Part shown: positions 34,031 through 45,400 of the stretch, one piece after another
Position numbering within the stretch: position 1 is the stretch's first letter
Layout of the letters: each line of letters opens with the position of its first letter
NCBI GenBank assembly: GCA_963662465.1
Contig: OY759599.1
Location: forward strand, 4,448,001 to 4,512,000
Direction: 5' to 3'
Source: Desulfatiglandales bacterium
GTDB lineage: Bacteria > Desulfobacterota > DSM-4660 > Desulfatiglandales > Desulfatiglandaceae
DNA length: 64,000 nucleotides
Made by a program: the position numbers and the translations under genes
The notes under the pieces: model-generated
Seen by the model: only the letters and a program-made list of their open reading frames with translations
Database searches by the model: none
Told to the model about the DNA's origin: nothing

Positions 34031-35370
34031 TGGCCTGGGAACCCTTTTTGCTTCCCCAAAACAGGGACCGGACCCTGTCCCTGGATGATTACCGCCAAAG
34101 GGGCGGCTATGAGGGACTCCTCAAAATGCTTCGGCACTACTCCCCAGCCGAGACCCGGAAAATCGTGACGGACTCAGGGTTGCAGGGCCGTGGGGGAGCG
34201 GGATCTCCCGCGGGCCAAAAATGGGACCTCTTGAAGGATGACGCCCCCCATCCCCGTTACATTGTGGCCAACACGGATGAAATGGAGCCGGGGACCTTTA
34301 AGGATCGCGTACTTCTTTCCCTGAATCCCCACACGGTCATCGAAGGAATGATCATTGCCGGCTATGCCAATGCCGCCCAAAAAGGGTATTTCTTCATTCG
34401 ACCCTCCTACCACTGGGTGGCCCTGGAATTTGAAAAAGCCCTTCAGGAAGCCAGGGCGTCAGGCTTTTTGGGCCATCATATCCTGGGAACGGATTATACC
34501 TTTGATATCGTCGTTCACCGGAGCGCGGGCCGGTATATCTGCGGGGAGGCCAAGGGATTGATCCATGCCCTTGAGGGTCAAAGACCCCACCCCACCATTC
34601 CGGGCCACCTGACCGATGAGGGACTCTGGGGTAAACCCACCATTGTCAACAATGCGGAGACCCTGGCCTGCGTGCCGCATATCATCCGCAACGGTCTGGA
34701 ATGGTTCAAGAATCTGAGGAAACACGACAAGGCCCCCGGGAACAAGATCTACAGCGTAAGCGGACGGGTCAACCGTCCCGGAGCCTTTGAACTCCCCTTT
34801 GGAACCCCCCTGGGAGAGATCATCCGGGAACACGCCGGCGGCATGATTTCAGGATGCCGATTCAAGCCCTGTCTTCCCAGCGGGGCCTCCACCCGGTATT
34901 TGAAAGAGGAATTTTTTCACGTCCCCATGGACTTTGAATCCATGGCCGGGATCGGCCGCGGACATCGACTGGGGACGGGCGCCGTCATGGTATTGGATCA
35001 GGACACGTGCCTGGTGGCGGCCACCCTGAACCTGATACGGTTTTTCGCCAGGGAATCCTACGGCTGGTGCACCCCCTTCCGGGAGGGAATCCCCTATATG
35101 GAGACCCTGCCTTCAGCCATTGAAAACGGAGAAGGAAAACCATCCTTCACCCCCCTTCTTCGGGAGATATGCGGCCACATGAGACGGGCCTACTGCGCCT
35201 TTGCCATGGGGGCGGCAGCTCCCGTGCAGGCCCTGCTGGAAGATTTTTCAGAAGAGGTGCAGGCCCACATAAGCCTCAAGAAATGCCCATTTGAACATAG
35301 GGCCAAAGACCATTGGCCTATCAAAGAGAATCCAACAGGACCCGGGAGCGTTCCGGATCTTGAACCGTGA
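34030..35370 (+). CDS. nuoF: NuoF, full length but with degenerate Fe-S ligands
   Basis: GLQGRGGAG, DEMEPGTFKDR, YICGE; cluster motif reads ESYGWCTPFREG instead of ESCGxCxPCREG. Confidence 0.85.
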   Translation: MAWEPFLLPQNRDRTLSLDDYRQRGGYEGLLKMLRHYSPAETRKIVTDSGLQGRGGAGSPAGQKWDLLKDDAPHPRYIVANTDEMEPGTFKDRVLLSLNPHTVIEGMIIAGYANAAQKGYFFIRPSYHWVALEFEKALQEARASGFLGHHILGTDYTFDIVVHRSAGRYICGEAKGLIHALEGQRPHPTIPGHLTDEGLWGKPTIVNNAETLACVPHIIRNGLEWFKNLRKHDKAPGNKIYSVSGRVNRPGAFELPFGTPLGEIIREHAGGMISGCRFKPCLPSGASTRYLKEEFFHVPMDFESMAGIGRGHRLGTGAVMVLDQDTCLVAATLNLIRFFARESYGWCTPFREGIPYMETLPSAIENGEGKPSFTPLLREICGHMRRAYCAFAMGAAAPVQALLEDFSEEVQAHISLKKCPFEHRAKDHWPIKENPTGPGSVPDLEP

Positions 35371-35380
35371 GCTGTCAAAA

Positions 35381-36550
35381 ATGCCGAAACTGATCATTGA
35401 CGACCGGGAAATTGAAGTTCCCAAAGGAACCAAGGTGATTGAGGCGGCCGAGCGCCTGGGGATCATGATCCCCAGATTCTGCTACCATGAAGCCCTGGGT
35501 TCCGTGGGGGCGTGCCGCATGTGCGCCGTGAAATTCCTGGAAGGCCCCCGCAAAGGGATTGACATGAGCTGCATGGTGGAGGCCAAAGACGGCGCGGATC
35601 TTGCCGGGCTTCTTCATGAAGGGGCTGAAAGCGCGGGTCTTTTCTACCTTCTGCCCGGACCCAATGCCTTTGGCGCCGGGTTGTTGTCTCCCACACAAGA
35701 TCAGGAATCGGTACTTAAAACCATTGAATCTGGAAAGGTCGACGCCCTGATTCTCGTGGAGCAGGATACTTTTTGGTTCTATCCGGATTCCCAACGACTC
35801 GATCAGGCCTTAAACAAGCTGAGTTTTCTTCTCGTTCTCGATTATCTTCCTTCTCCCTCCGCCAAAAGAGCCCATGGGGTTCTGCCCACAACCCCCCATT
35901 TTGAGCGTACCTCCGGCAGTTTCGTGAATCAAGAGGGAAGACTTCAGAAAGCACTCCCCATCCACCGTGGAGGAACGCCCATCTCCCAGATCAGCGGGGG
36001 ACACCCCCCCCCAGGACATTCCTGGACCATATCCCCGGCGGAGACCCAAAGGCGGCCCATGAGGTATTGGCCGAACTCTATGCCGCCATATCAGGTCAAG
36101 CGGAAGGGACGCTTCTAAAGGATCTTTGGGCTTGGATGGCTGAGGAAAAACCGATTTTCAATGCGCTTTCATTCTCGACCGATGGAATTCGCCTGGTTCC
36201 CCACAGCGCCCCGGAAGATAATATTTTCTCCTGGAGGGCCGGGGAAGCACAACTCCGAAACGCGGGATTGGAACTCCTGCTCACCGATTGGACCTTCGGG
36301 ACGGAAGAGCTGTCCTCTTATTCCTGTCCTGCCGGAAAAGGGGAAGCAATCCCGACGCTATCGATGCATCCTGACGATGCCGCGCGGTTGAACCTGGCCG
36401 ATCGAGACAGGGTCGCCCTTGACCTGGATAAAGGAGAAGCGGTTTTGGAACTTTGCATTCGATCCAACATGGCGCCGGGCGTGGTCATACCCCCCAGGCA
36501 TCGTCAGGTAAAATGGCGGAAGTTAAAACAGTGGCCGGTGTTCCTGCCGG
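35381..36550 (+). pseudogene. nuoG: NuoG with large internal deletion and frameshift
   Basis: IPRFCYH..GACRMC..SC joined near 35590 to the C-terminal part (FVNQEGR, molybdopterin-binding-like tail). Confidence 0.85.
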
Positions 36551-36882
36551 AGGCGGAAAACGAACTGGTGGCCGGCTACCACACGGAGTACAGCGGCATG
36601 CGCTTCGGTCTCTTTTTTCTGGGAGAATATGTCGCCATGATTGTTCTGGGCGCCCTGGCGACGGTCTTTTTTCTGGGCGGGTGGCATGGTCCGGTTCTGC
36701 CTTCCATGGTGTGGTTTTTGGGGAAGACCGCCGTCATTGTCTTTGTAATGGTGTGGATACGGGCCACGCTGCCCAGGTTGAGATACGATCAACTCATGCA
36801 CCTGGGGTGGAAAGTCCTGATGCCGGCAGCCCTTTTGAACATCATCATAACAGGGGCCATTATTCTGCTAATCAGAGTTTGA
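36544..36882 (+). pseudogene. nuoH: NuoH C-terminal third fused in frame to nuoG
   Basis: [31 protein letters not shown]. Confidence 0.88.
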
Positions 36883-36895
36883 GCAAGGACAGGGA

Positions 36896-37453
36896 ATGAA
36901 CAACGGAAAAGAGGGCTACGTTAAAGAAACCATGGAGATTTTCAGCGGGCTGGCCCGGGGATTAATGACCACCCTGGCCCACCTGTTCAGGGGAAAGGTC
37001 AGCGAGGAATATCCTGAATACAAGCGACTGTTGCCCGAGCGGACCCGGGCCAGGATCATCCTCACCCGCGACCCGGAGGGCGAGGAACGCTGTGTGGCCT
37101 GTTATCTCTGTGCGGGCGCCTGCCCGGTGAGCTGCATCTCCATGGAAGGGGCGGAGCGAGAGGACGGCAGGCGTTGGGCCGCATGGTTTCGCATCAATTT
37201 TGCCCGGTGTATCTATTGCGGGCTGTGCGAGGAAGCCTGCCCCACCCTGGCCATACAACTGACCTCTCATTTTGAGTTCTGCGACAACGATATTTTAAAA
37301 CTGGTGGCGGAAAAAGAAGACCTCCTGGTGGATCACGGTGGAAAGAACAGCGAATATAATTTTTACCGTCATGCGGGTGTGGCCATGGTAGAAGGCAAAG
37401 GCGCCCATATCAATGAAAACGCACCGGTGAATGTAAAGAGCAACATGCCTTAA
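36896..37453 (+). CDS. nuoI: NADH-quinone oxidoreductase subunit I
   Basis: CVACYLCAGACP and CIYCGLCEEACP. Confidence 0.93.
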   Translation: MNNGKEGYVKETMEIFSGLARGLMTTLAHLFRGKVSEEYPEYKRLLPERTRARIILTRDPEGEERCVACYLCAGACPVSCISMEGAEREDGRRWAAWFRINFARCIYCGLCEEACPTLAIQLTSHFEFCDNDILKLVAEKEDLLVDHGGKNSEYNFYRHAGVAMVEGKGAHINENAPVNVKSNMP

Positions 37454-37475
37454 GCGGGACAAGGAGCATTAGACC

Positions 37476-38013
37476 ATGACATCATACGGCATCCTATTTT
37501 ATCTCCTGGCGGGTCTTCTACTGGTCTCAACGGCCCTGGCGGTTTCCCGCACAAGGCTGGTGCATACCATACGTTTACCTGGTCATTTCTTTTTTCGCCA
37601 CCGCCCTGCTCTTTTATCTGTTGGGCGCGCCTTTTTTGGCAGCCCTGGAAATGATCATCTATGCGGGCGCCATCATGGTCATGTTTCTTTTCATCATCAT
37701 GACCCTGCGACTGGAGGGAGATAAAGAACAGGACGGATCTTCTTTTCGGCGCTGGATTCCAGCCATCGTTCTGGGCGGCATCTCGCTGGTCCTCCTGACA
37801 GCGCTCATATGGGTGGGTCCGGGTCATGGACTTTTCTTGAAACCGGCCATGGCCTCCCCAAAGGAATTTGGGGGCTACCTCTTCAGGGAATTCTGGTTTC
37901 CCGTGGAAATCGCCTCCTTCCTTCTGTTCGTGGCGCTGGCAGGAGCGTTGTATCTGGGAAGAGAAAAGACAACCGGGGGGAAAACAACCGATCCTGAACG
38001 GGAGGCATCATGA
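37476..38013 (+). pseudogene. nuoJ: NuoJ, frameshifted near 37575
   Basis: N-terminal TM in ORF 37476; GAPFLAALEMIIYAGAIMVMFLF in ORF 37621. Confidence 0.85.
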
Positions 38014-38315
38014 TGGTTTCTTACAGCCATGTCCTCATCTTAGCTGCGATTCTGTTTTTCATGGGCGCGGGGTGCGCACTGGCGCGCCGAAATCTGATCA
38101 TGATTCTCGTCGGTGTGGAGATCATGCTGAACGCGGCTGGGATTGCCTTTGTGGGGGCCTCCCTGAGATGGGAGTCGCTTGTCGGTCAGGGTTTTGTACT
38201 TTTTATCATGACCGTGGCCGCCTCCGAGGTGGCCGTCGGCCTTGCCTTGATCATTTATGTGCGCAGGCGGACAGGGTCGATCAACGCCGATGAATACAGC
38301 TTACTGAAAGGATAA
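38010..38315 (+). CDS. nuoK: NADH-quinone oxidoreductase subunit K
   Basis: RRNLI..L..VEIMLNA, VAASEVAVGLA. Confidence 0.93.
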   Translation: MMVSYSHVLILAAILFFMGAGCALARRNLIMILVGVEIMLNAAGIAFVGASLRWESLVGQGFVLFIMTVAASEVAVGLALIIYVRRRTGSINADEYSLLKG

Positions 38316-38326
38316 GGGGAACCCGG

Positions 38327-39309
38327 TTGAAAACAACCCTTTTTCTGTTGATTATTTTCCCTCTAACGGGAGCAGCCATTAACGAGATCTTCGGTCGGCG
38401 GCTCCCCAGAAAACTGGTGGAGGTCATCGCCTGTGCCGTCCTTTTGCTTAGCCTTGCCATGGCAACAACCGCCATTGTCAGGATCGGCGGCGACACCTGC
38501 GACTTCACTTTATTTCAGTGGTTCAAAGCGGGAGATCTCTCGGTGGCCATGGACATCCACTATGATGCCCTTGCCGCCATAATGGCGCTGATGGTCACTT
38601 TTGTGGCTTCCATTATTCATCTTTACTCCATCTCCTTCATGCGGGAAGACACGGATTACGGTCGCTATTTCTGTTACCTGAACCTCTTCGTCTTTTCCAT
38701 GCTGGTCATCGCGCTGGCCAACAATCTTATTTTTTTGTATCTGGGATGGGAAGGGGTGGGGTTCTGCTCCTACGCCCTGATCGGTTTCTGGTACGGGGAC
38801 CCGGTTAAGGCCACGGCCGGCAAAAAGGCATTCATCATGACCCGGGTGGGCGACATCGGCTTTGGTGTGGCCGTGGCCGTCTTATTTACGCATTTCGGAA
38901 CATTCTCCATCACCCATATCAACCCCCAGGCCGTGTCCTTGAATACTGAAACGGCCACGCTGCCAACCCTCCTGTTTCTATTTGAGGAACACGACATCTT
39001 TAAGATGGGCAACCTGAGCCGGCGCCTTCCCGGCGTATTTTAGCTCATGCTGGCAGGCGCCCTTTGTCTGAGTGCCTTTCCCACCCTGGGAGGGTATTTC
39101 AGCAAGGACCGGATCCTTCTGTCCACTTTCATCCACCCGACGACAAACGCATTAACCAAAGCCTGGAGAATTTCGCCGTCGGTTTTAATGTCGCAAGCCT
39201 CATGATGAGGCTATGTACAACGGGCAAGATCTCCACTTATCTTATCGCTTTCCTGGTGGGACTGGTGGGACTTCTCAGCGTCTTGGCGGTCCGGGTCGCC
39301 CTCTGGTAG
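38327..39309 (+). pseudogene. nuoL: NuoL with at least two internal deletions
   Basis: LGWEGVG.CSY.LIGFW, KAFIMTRVGD joined to HDIFKMG, GYFSKD, then C-terminal TTGKISTYL. Confidence 0.88.
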
Positions 39310-40598
39310 TGGAGGACTACGCCTGGATCCCTTCAGTGGGAATTCGTTATACGCTGGCGATGGATGGTGTGAGTCTCATGCTGCTTCTTTTGACCACTTT
39401 TCTGGGAGCGCTTTGCATTCTCGTCTCCTGGAAACAGATCCAACGCAAGGTCAGCAGTTATTATTTCTTTCTTCTCACGACGCTTACCGGGATTTCAGGG
39501 GTGTTTTTAGCCACGGATCTCTTTCTCTTTTACTTTTTCTGGGAAATTCAGATGATTCCCATGTTCTTCCTGGTGGGCATCTGGGGACATGAACAACGCA
39601 CCCGAACGGCTATGAAATTCTTCCTTTTCACCATGCCCGGCAGTCTCTTCATGCTGCTTGCCATTATCGGTCTCTACGTCATTCATGGTCGTCAAACCGG
39701 AATTTACACCTTCGCCCTTCCCAGCCTACTCGGCACTTCCCTTTCAATCAGTGCCGAGGGGTGGCTTTATGCCGCCTTCATGCTCGCTTTCGGCATCAAA
39801 ATCCCCATGGTACCGCTGCACACCTGGCTTCCGGACACCCATACCCAGGCGCCCACGGCAGGGAGCGTGATTCTGGCGGGCCTCCTTTTGAAGACCGGCA
39901 TTTATGGTGTTTTTCGCTTCGCTTTGCCCCTTTTCCCGATGGCATTCAAGGCTTCCGTGCCCCTGCTCATGGTTCTGGACCTGATCGCATTGTTTTATGC
40001 CTCATGGATCGCCCTTTCCCAAGCGGACATCAAACGTCTCATTGCCTATTCCAGCATCGGCCACATGGGTCTGGTGGTGCTGGGGCTGGCCGTCTTCAAT
40101 GCCATCACCCTCAGCGGATCACTCCTTCAGATGATCAATCACGGCATTTCCGCTTCCGCTCTGTTTATCCTGGTGGGCATGCTCAATGAACGGATTGATT
40201 CCCGGCAGTTTAAAGACTTTGGAGGCCTGTGGAAAGCAATGCCGGTGTTTGGGGCCTTTTTCCTCTTTTTTTCCATGGCGGCACTGGGGCTGCCGGGGCT
40301 CAATAATTTCGTGGGCGAAATTTTCATTTTGGTCGGCACATACAGGGTATACCCCGTGGCCGCCGCTTTCGGGTTTGCGGGTCTGCTTTTCGGCGTCATT
40401 TACGTGCTGAGAATGGTTCAAGATACCCTTTTCGGAGAATTTAAGGGGGAAACATCGGCCCTTTGGGACGTGGATGTCCGTGAAACCGTAATTTTGGGGG
40501 CACTTGCCTTGAGCGTCCTCTTTCTGGGACTGTGGCCCAAACCGGTCCTCGACCTCTTTGAAGGGCCCGTGAATGCATTGATCGGCAACGTTTCCTGA
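39306..40598 (+). pseudogene. nuoM: NuoM, 5'-truncated
   Basis: Starts at EDYAWIP; FFWEIQMIPM, KIPMVPLHTWLP, AYSSIGHMG, LPGLNNFVGE; first TMs missing. Confidence 0.85.
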
Positions 40599-40617
40599 AA
40601 GAACGTTAGGAGTTAAC

Positions 40618-42051
40618 ATGGGAAGCACATGGATTGCTATTTTTCCGGAAATCATTCTGGCAACGGGAGGGCTTCTGATTTTCTGCACCGGCGCCTTCCT
40701 GCAACGTCGGCCCGGACCACTGCTTTTTTTCATGGCCCTGATCTTTTTGGGAAGCGCCATCGGGGCTTTTGCATCCCTTCCCATTTCCGGCATATGCCTG
40801 AACGGCATGCTGGATGGCGGCGGCTACGCCCGGCTTTTCAGTACACTGATTGCCGCCATCGCGTTCATATGTCTCCTTTTCTCTTCACGATACGCCGGTA
40901 ACCGGGGTTTTGAAAACGATGAATATTACGGCATTCTCCTTTTTGCCGTTCTCGGTATGGATCTGGCGGCCATAGCCGCCCACTGGCTCATCTTCTTTTT
41001 GGGCCTGGAACTTTTGTCCATTTCCCTCTATATCCTGATTACCATCCGCGGGGAGGATCCTTTTTTTCGAGAAGCGAGCCTCAAATACCTGATCACGGGC
41101 GCCGTGGCCGGTGCGTTCCTCGCCTTCGGCATCGGCCTCTGGTATGCGGGGACCGGATCGTTATCGGTGATCACCCATCTCGCATCCGGCGCCGAACGCG
41201 TAGACATCCCGCTTATGCCGGCGGCGCCGGCGTTTATCCTGGTGGGGATCGGCTTCAAAATCTCAATGGCCCCCTTTCATCTATGGACGTCGGATGTTTA
41301 TCAGGGCTCCCCCGCGCCGGTCACCGCATTTTTGGCCGCGGGATCAAAAGTGGCGATATTCGCTTTCCTCATCCGCTTTTGTTTTCACATGCAGGCCCCG
41401 CTCTGGGAGGCGTTTAAGCCGATCCTCTGGATAGGGGCCTTTCTGACCCTGATAGCGGGCACGCTGACCGCCATCAGTCAGTCCGACCTCAAACGCCTTC
41501 TGGCCTATTCCTCCGTGGCGCAGATGGGATATCTCCTCATGACGCTTCTGGCCGTGAAAATGGAAAGCGGACGCTTTGCCCTGGCCTTCTATCTGATGGT
41601 GTACGCGGCCATGGATCTGGGCGCCTTCGGGATCATCGCCTCGCTGTCCCACGAAAAAAAGGACCGCGACGCCCTTGAAGCGTATCAGGGTCTCGGTTAC
41701 ACTCACCCCTGGCGTTCCGCCATCCTCACCCTCTGCCTTCTTTCTCTGGCAGGGCTTCCCCCGACCGCGGGGTTCGTTGGGAAGGTAATCCTTTTTAAGG
41801 CGGTGCTTCAGGCGGGAGAACTGTCTCTTGCCGTCATTGCCATCGCCATGGCGGTGCTCTCCATATACCTGTATATGAAGGTGGTAATCACTCTTTACAT
41901 GCGACCTGGCGAGGCAGTCGGGCACGCCCCCGCAATGGGCTCTTATGAACGGATGGGCGGAGTTCTGATTCTCCTCTTTCTCCTGTGGGCGGGAATTGCT
42001 CCCTCGCCCTTGCTGACCCTTATTGCCAGCATTGTTCCTTCAGGAGGATAG
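40618..42051 (+). CDS. nuoN: NADH-quinone oxidoreductase subunit N
   Basis: GLELLS, EASLKY, FKISMAPFHLW, KRLLAYSS, LSLAGLPPTAGF. Confidence 0.92.
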   Translation: MGSTWIAIFPEIILATGGLLIFCTGAFLQRRPGPLLFFMALIFLGSAIGAFASLPISGICLNGMLDGGGYARLFSTLIAAIAFICLLFSSRYAGNRGFENDEYYGILLFAVLGMDLAAIAAHWLIFFLGLELLSISLYILITIRGEDPFFREASLKYLITGAVAGAFLAFGIGLWYAGTGSLSVITHLASGAERVDIPLMPAAPAFILVGIGFKISMAPFHLWTSDVYQGSPAPVTAFLAAGSKVAIFAFLIRFCFHMQAPLWEAFKPILWIGAFLTLIAGTLTAISQSDLKRLLAYSSVAQMGYLLMTLLAVKMESGRFALAFYLMVYAAMDLGAFGIIASLSHEKKDRDALEAYQGLGYTHPWRSAILTLCLLSLAGLPPTAGFVGKVILFKAVLQAGELSLAVIAIAMAVLSIYLYMKVVITLYMRPGEAVGHAPAMGSYERMGGVLILLFLLWAGIAPSPLLTLIASIVPSGG

Positions 42052-42052
42052 A
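42011..42052 (+). repeat. 42-bp direct repeat, left copy (nuoN 3' end; attL-like)
   Basis: tgctgacccttattgccagcattgttccttcaggaggataga; 41/42 identical to 59790-59831. Confidence 0.9.
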
Positions 42053-42134
42053 AGTTTCGCTGTCTAATCGACGATATCACACTATTTGCATTGGTTGGGA
42101 GTTATCCCTGCAAACACAGGTTTACCAAGACCAA

Positions 42135-42285
42135 TATACGTTGGAGGTATACCCAGCTGGTGTCATCCAAAAAACGGCCAGTTTAAGGCATCTCCCAACC
42201 CTCATTCCGCTCCCATGCCAACGATGATATCACAGGCATTCGGCTGCGAGAAATCGGTTGAGATATCCATTCCGACCGAACAGCA
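42135..42285. repeat. Conserved intergenic module, segment III
   Basis: atacgttggaggtatacccag...tgtcatccaaaaaacgg...gatgatatcacaggcattcggctg; homologous to 47053, 52596 and 55226. Confidence 0.85.
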
Positions 42286-42451
42286 TTCTGCAATCAACAA
42301 AACTGGCGGGGAGGTGGTGACCCTGACCTTTTAAGCCACCTGACGATTGTTTATATCGTTGGCAGGCCAATCCTGTCAGCAATTTTGACCTTTGACCTTT
42401 CTCGTCTCTCCCCATAATTTTTAGCCAATCCGTCTTGTCTTGGCCATAAAT

Positions 42452-45400
42452 TTACTTCACATTGATCATTTCGGATTTCAAAGACCCGCTCGATGCCTTA
42501 ATGGTCGTTGGACCGGGGGCATCAATAATGGTCATATTGGGCGCCTGATGATCATATTCGTTTGAATCGTACCCCCCTTTGATCAAAATTGATCTGCCGC
42601 CGCTCGCGCTTAAGGACTCCTCATAGGTTCCGCCTTTGACCTTAATGACCGATCCGGTCACGGCATCATCGATGGCATCCTGGATTTTGCGGTAGCAGGG
42701 TGTTTTAGTTCCGCAGTCGCCATTGCTGCTGACGTAGAAAGTGCCGGAGTAGGTTGGGTTTGTTTCAGCACCAAAAACGCCTGAAACATAGATCTGATAA
42801 AAATGGTAACCGTCTTCAACCGGTATGGTCACAACCTTTTCCGTCTCGCCGTTTTCGAGTACTACAGTCCCGGCATAGCGACTGACAATTTCAGTTCCTG
42901 TGTTGCTCTCTATATTCATGGTTATCGTTACAAACACAGCCCCTGAGCTGCCCTGAACTCGATTAACAGGAACCGACACGGAGCGGTTTCCGTTATTGAC
43001 CTGCTCGACAGGTGTCCCCAGATTGACCGTACCCGCTGGGCCCTCTTTAATCCACCGGTAGCCTTTGGACTGCACGCCTTCCTGGCTTTCAATCCCGTTG
43101 GTGTTCACCGATTTGACCATCCATCTGTACTCCCCGGCCTCCGAAATCCAGTCTTTATAAATAAAGGTGCCGGCATTAACCGTGTTTAGGAACTGAAAAC
43201 CTGAACCGGCGTCCCGGTATATCCTGAAGCCGGAAAGTGTGTTGCTCTGAGGGGGATCCCATCTAAGTTCAACTGAATTTCCATCCTGGTAACATGTCAG
43301 CCCCGTCGGTGGCGCCGGCTTTCCATCATACAGTGCCGGTCCCGCATATACCGGTGCGGCGCTGTCCCCCAGAATACTGTATGCCGCAAGGCGATACCAA
43401 TATTGTTTTCCAGCCGTTACCTTCTTATCCAGGTAACCGGATTGGCAAAGATACTGCCCATTAAGAAGATCTTCCCATAGACCGCCTGAGGCCTCGCTCC
43501 TCTCCAGCTTCCAGAAGACGGTGGCAGGCCAGCTATCATCAAACAAAACCCGAATACCCTGATATTCCGCCTGCAATTGCAGATTCGCAGGTGTGACAAG
43601 TGGCAAACCATACTCCCTGGTCGCCTCTACCATCTGAATCGAATTGGACCAATCGCTTATCTCTCCGCCGGTATATACCGACCTGACTCTGTACCAGTAT
43701 GGCGCAGTCGGCGTCTCACCCGTCCAGTCATCGAGCCATACCGGCTGGGGATACCGTTGTTGGCCAATCAGAACAAAAGGGCCGTTTTCCGATTCACTTC
43801 TTTCTAAATCATAACCCGCAATATCCGGATAATTCGAAGGGGACCAGCGTAAGACCGTTTTCTTTGCCGCGGAATAGGCCAAAGCCTCGATCCTGTCGGG
43901 AGGAGCGGCAAAGGCATCTTCTGCAACATTCAATGTGGCGGATATTTGGTGACGAACAGAACGATTCGCCTCCATTAAAAAACCTTCCAGAAGATTGCTG
44001 CCGGCATGAAAAGCAAGAGATTCCGGCACAGGCACCTCAACAGTGTTGTTCCCTATTTCCCCATGATTGGTGATGAGCGTACCATTCAGCCTGATTTCCA
44101 GATAGTCACGGTTGATGGGACAATCCGTAGTGTAGAGAGGAGAATCATAACTAAGCCAGAGATCCGGAGTTCGAGTATGAATCTCACTACCATCGGCCGG
44201 GCTCCAGCGTGCCGAGAGGCCCATCCAGAGATTATTAATGGTATACCCTTCGGTGCCGGGAGTGGAAATATAAGCGTCGCTTCGGGCCATGTCGCCCACG
44301 GTACTGCTTCCTTCTGGCAGGGTCGCTTGTGCGGTTCCGCCTGCATCCAGAGATACCATCCCCTTAACGGGGGTAACCAGTATCTTGTCATCGGGGAACA
44401 AATTGACAACGGTATACGATTCCTGATTTGACAGGGAAGAGGTATCGGCATCTGCTGAGCGCAAAAGAGCGTTCTGAGGTGCACGACTGTCCCCGACCTT
44501 TTTGAGTATATAATTCGTGCCATTTTCGGCAGCTTTGTTGAACACCCAATTCGCCACGCTGCCAGAACCGGGTGCAACCACGTTAGCGATCGCCTCACTC
44601 AGACCATCAATAAGTACAACTTTGCCATATCCTCTAGGGTCATTCTGAACATTGTAAGCCAGATTTTTTAGCTTAAAAAAGATTGAAGAACGCTCTAAAA
44701 CAATACCCCCTTCGATTTTGCCTAAAACGATTCTGGTGCCCCACTGTGAGTCTGGGACCCCCACTGACTGGCCATTGCAAAAACGAACGGACAAAGGTCC
44801 ACCAATGACTTCAAGCGCATCTCCCGGAAAGAGCTTCTCATTTACCTCCAACTCTCGAGGGTCTATAAACCCATTTACTCTAGACATCAGCTTCACCACG
44901 GGATTAACTCTGGTGGCCCGGGCGAATGGAAGACTGACGAATGTGCCGAGGTTTCCGGATTTATTACCATCTTTAGCGCTAATCTTTATCTCACCGTTGA
45001 TGTTTCCGTAGGTATCGGTATCCGACGTCAATAGGGCCGTCATATTGAAATGGGCGTTTTTAAAATTGGGACCCCAATCTGTAAAAGCAAAATAAAACGG
45101 CCCGGCATCATCTATGGTCGCCGAGAAATTAGATACGTCCTTATATTTAACGTTTAGGCCGTCATTTCCAAATCCATCGATTTCCTTGACACTAATGCTA
45201 AGTTGCTGATCTTTATCGTAAGAAGAGGGAACGGTACCGGCATAGACCATTAACTGCTCTCCCATGATCAAATGATCATCGAAAGTTGCACTTTTATTCG
45301 GATCTTGATTGGGATGCGAATAATCTGTATAATTTACTAAACCGTTTATATTAAGTTTAAAGGTATATTTGTGCACCCATGGTTTCGAAGGATCAGGCGC

